Shown here: one piece after another, positions 61,472-64,000 of the stretch
Numbering within the stretch: position 1 is the stretch's first letter
Layout of the letters: every line of letters starts with the position of its first letter
DNA from: Chiloscyllium plagiosum
Taxonomy: Eukaryota
Length of the DNA stretch: 64,000 nt
Assembly (NCBI RefSeq): GCF_004010195.1
Contig: NC_057749.1
Location: 9,770,728-9,834,727, forward strand
Direction of reading: 5' to 3'
Made by a program: the position numbers and the translations under genes
The notes under the pieces: generated by a model
Told to the model about the DNA's origin: nothing
The model's database searches: none
The model's input: only the letters and a program-made list of their open reading frames with translations

Positions 61472-61545
61472 TGGGGGGGGGGGGGGGGGTAGAGGAGAGA
61501 ATACTTTCTGTGGGGGGGGGGGGGTAGAGGAGAGAATACTTTCTG
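61472..61545 (+). repeat. Tandem duplication of T-G(n)-TAGAGGAGAGAATACTTTCTG
   Basis: Unit 1 61472-61510 (G17), unit 2 61511-61545 (G13). Confidence 0.9.
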
Positions 61546-62489
61546 TAGATTGGGTCATTTTACTGAATGAAGCCAAAGAACTAGCTTTGTCAGAGAAAAA
61601 AATGTAGCCATTCACTTAGTAAAATATTTCCCTGTTGCTTTCTTTGAGGAACTGACGGAAGGAACATCACACTCAGGCTGAAAGAGCAACCAGATAATTT
61701 ACCTCCCAGTGTCACTTCCTCAATAATTGGCTATGCAAGAGCACACTACTGCTCTTTCCCTCCTGTATTTCCTACATTTAAAAGAATAGTGTAACAAAGG
61801 TTTTGTCACTAGAGCTTCAAGAATTCTAGTGAGAAATCTGCTGGTGATGGAAAAGTGTTTTAAAATGGCACAGCATTATACTAGCAGAAATCTTGGATAA
61901 TCATTTGGGCACAGACATTTTCAAATGTATCTCTTGGCATACAAGGTAACTAATTTGATTGTATCTAGTCTATGTACCTTTTACTTGTTTTGCAAAGAAA
62001 AGTGCTCAAAAATAGTCAAAGATGTGTACATCTAGGTGCAATGAAAGGAAGTTTTGCAATGATTTCTTGTACTGATAAGTTGAAATCTGCTTTCAGACTG
62101 TTAAAATACATCAGCTTTAAAGTGGAATTTCAAATATTGCAGCATGAGAGTGGCTTGAAATGTCCACACTTGAACTAGTTTAAAGTATCAAAGAACGGAA
62201 GGTATTTGGATTCTGACTCAAATATGCTCCAGAAATGGTCTGCTAAAGGACAAGTGGAGGTCTGCTTGCTGGAACGTTGGCAAGAACCATGTCACATTCA
62301 TTGGGGAAGGCCTGCCATGTTACATGCTGGCAATGATGAATCTTGTTTAACAGACTGGTATTCATATGTTGAATTCAGCAATGAAAGACTTTGAGATTTG
62401 CAAGAATGTTAATCAATGGTTAAGCACAACCGCCAGTTTGCACCTTTCCCTGTCCAGAAGGTAACTTCCCCAGGGAAGAATCCTGTTTT

Positions 62490-63065
62490 TCTGTAAAACC
62501 ACCCTATTCAGACATGTCATGACACATGTTTGGAGCAGATGGTTCTTGAACCCAATCTTCCTGGCACAGAGGTAAGGACACAACTGCTACACCATGACAA
62601 GGCCTAACAGCTGTTGTATATTTTAATCAATCTATTCAAGCAGTTAAGATTCTGAACTTTTTTTTAAATCAGTCTGTTCAGGTGGGACTTGAACCCAGGA
62701 TTTCTGTCTCAGAAGCAGAGTTGCTATCTCTGCACCAGAAAAACTCCTAAATCCCCAGCCTGTTATAAAAGTTCAATGAATATCACCTGCTCTTAATCAA
62801 CTCTGGAGCTTTCCTAGCTGCTTTTATAGGGGAGTTTTTGTGGCACAGTGGTAGTGTCTCTATCTCTGGACCAGGGGAGATCCACATTCAAGTCATACCT
62901 GCTCCGGAAGTGTGCAATAACAAGTGAAAAGGTGGATGAGAAAATACTTTCTGCTTGACTTTTGGGATTTTTGTGGTCCAATGGCATTGGAGCTACTGCT
63001 GAAGTAGGAGGCCTGGGTTCAAGTTCCCCATGCCCCACTGAACAGGTTAATTAGAAAATATGTTC
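62490..63065. mobile_element. Cluster of short tRNA-head SINE-like units (two on -, two on +)
   Basis: CTTGAACCCA on + at about 62545 and 62690 (minus-strand B boxes); GTGGCACAGTGGTAGTGTC...TTCAAGTC at about 62840-62895 and GGGTTCAAGTTCCC at about 63015. Confidence 0.6.
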
Positions 63066-64000
63066 TGATTTGACCTTTAAAGGGACCTGCGATTCTAATA
63101 GGCTTTCCTCAGGACCACGTGTCCCCACTGGCAGAGGGCCTAATCACCTAGAGATGCCAACTAATCAGAAGCTGGTAGGTCTTCTCTGATTTGAGGTGCC
63201 ACCAGGGAGGTAATTGCTGCTGCCTGTAATATAACCACCCAAGACCTTGGATCATGACGAGCCAAGGCTGGAGGTGAGCAATGGTGGGAGAGTGGATGGA
63301 GAAGAGCATTATGGGATGCAGCTAGCTCATTCTTCCGGAAGTCTGGTCTTGAATCTTTGAAAGTGAATAATTGATAGCACAGTATGAAGTCAGTCCATGA
63401 ACCTTTCCTCCAATAGGTCCCTGGTAGGAGTGATAGGAAGGCAGTAGGATCCTTCCCCTCCCACTGTCACCAATTCTATGATGGTACAGTGTGAAATGTA
63501 ATTGTCTTTTTTCCCCAATACAGATGCTGCGAGATTTGAATATCTTCAGCATCTTGTTTCTGATTTTCCAGTATCTGGAGTACTGTCATTTTTGTGGAAA
63601 ACTCAAGCTTTTGTCTTCTGTAAAAATATTAGTTACAGTTGTATTAAAATGAATTATTTCTATTCCGTCAATGAATGAATTTTTTTAAAAGAAGCTATAG
63701 TTTCATTATTAATGCAGAACAGATGTGTAGATATACTTATACCAAGTCAGAATGCTGCCTGTCCATTTAGAGGAAATAAGAAGAATGTTTTTCTTGGTGA
63801 AACTGTAGTTGAATGCTACTGCTTTTTATTTGATAAGTTGGGGTTTTTATTGTGATATTAGTCAGTGAGTTCAGAGTTGAATGGCTTTTTGTCCCTGAGG
63901 ACAGCATTTAGTTAAATGCTGAACCAATGCTTTAAAAGTATAAAACATTTAAGGGGCATTGCATTGCATATCCTCTTGTTATAGTGCTCCATTTCATAAC

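Noticed and set aside
61874..61900. CAG|CATTATACTAGC (HYTS...) mimicking the next CSK exon
   Set aside because: No polypyrimidine tract, similarity stops after four residues, and an in-frame TAA follows at 61898; the real exon is probably beyond the window.
1..64000. CRISPR arrays, operons, rRNA or prokaryotic defence systems
   Set aside because: No regularly spaced direct repeats, no dense coding and no rRNA-like sequence; this is vertebrate intronic DNA.

Overview
Eukaryotic, AT-rich, CpG-depleted vertebrate DNA, almost certainly a shark or other elasmobranch (HE1/V-SINEs, CR1 LINEs, Deu-domain SINEs, shark-type Penelope termini). The only host gene seen is the 5' part of CSK (C-terminal Src kinase) on the + strand, with four coding exons: 50984-50998 (start, MSQPQ), 53437-53550 and 54194-54306 (SH3 and linker) and 58060-58279 (SH2). 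The kinase exons and the true first exon were not found, so the first ~50 kb is probably a long 5' intron. The rest is intronic DNA full of mostly decayed transposons. The most interesting signals are: (1) at least four different Penelope-like terminal families carrying a minimal hammerhead-ribozyme-like core (CUGANGA-N-stemII-GAAA-NN-UH) whose stems co-vary, with two intact copies in sense orientation to CSK; (2) a recurrent TATA-to-core layout, with short insertions starting just 5' of the core; (3) an old inverted repeat with ~400-bp arms at about 42.1-44.0 kb; (4) a short uORF in the CSK start exon. Family assignments come from recognition, not database searches, and boundaries of decayed repeats are approximate.
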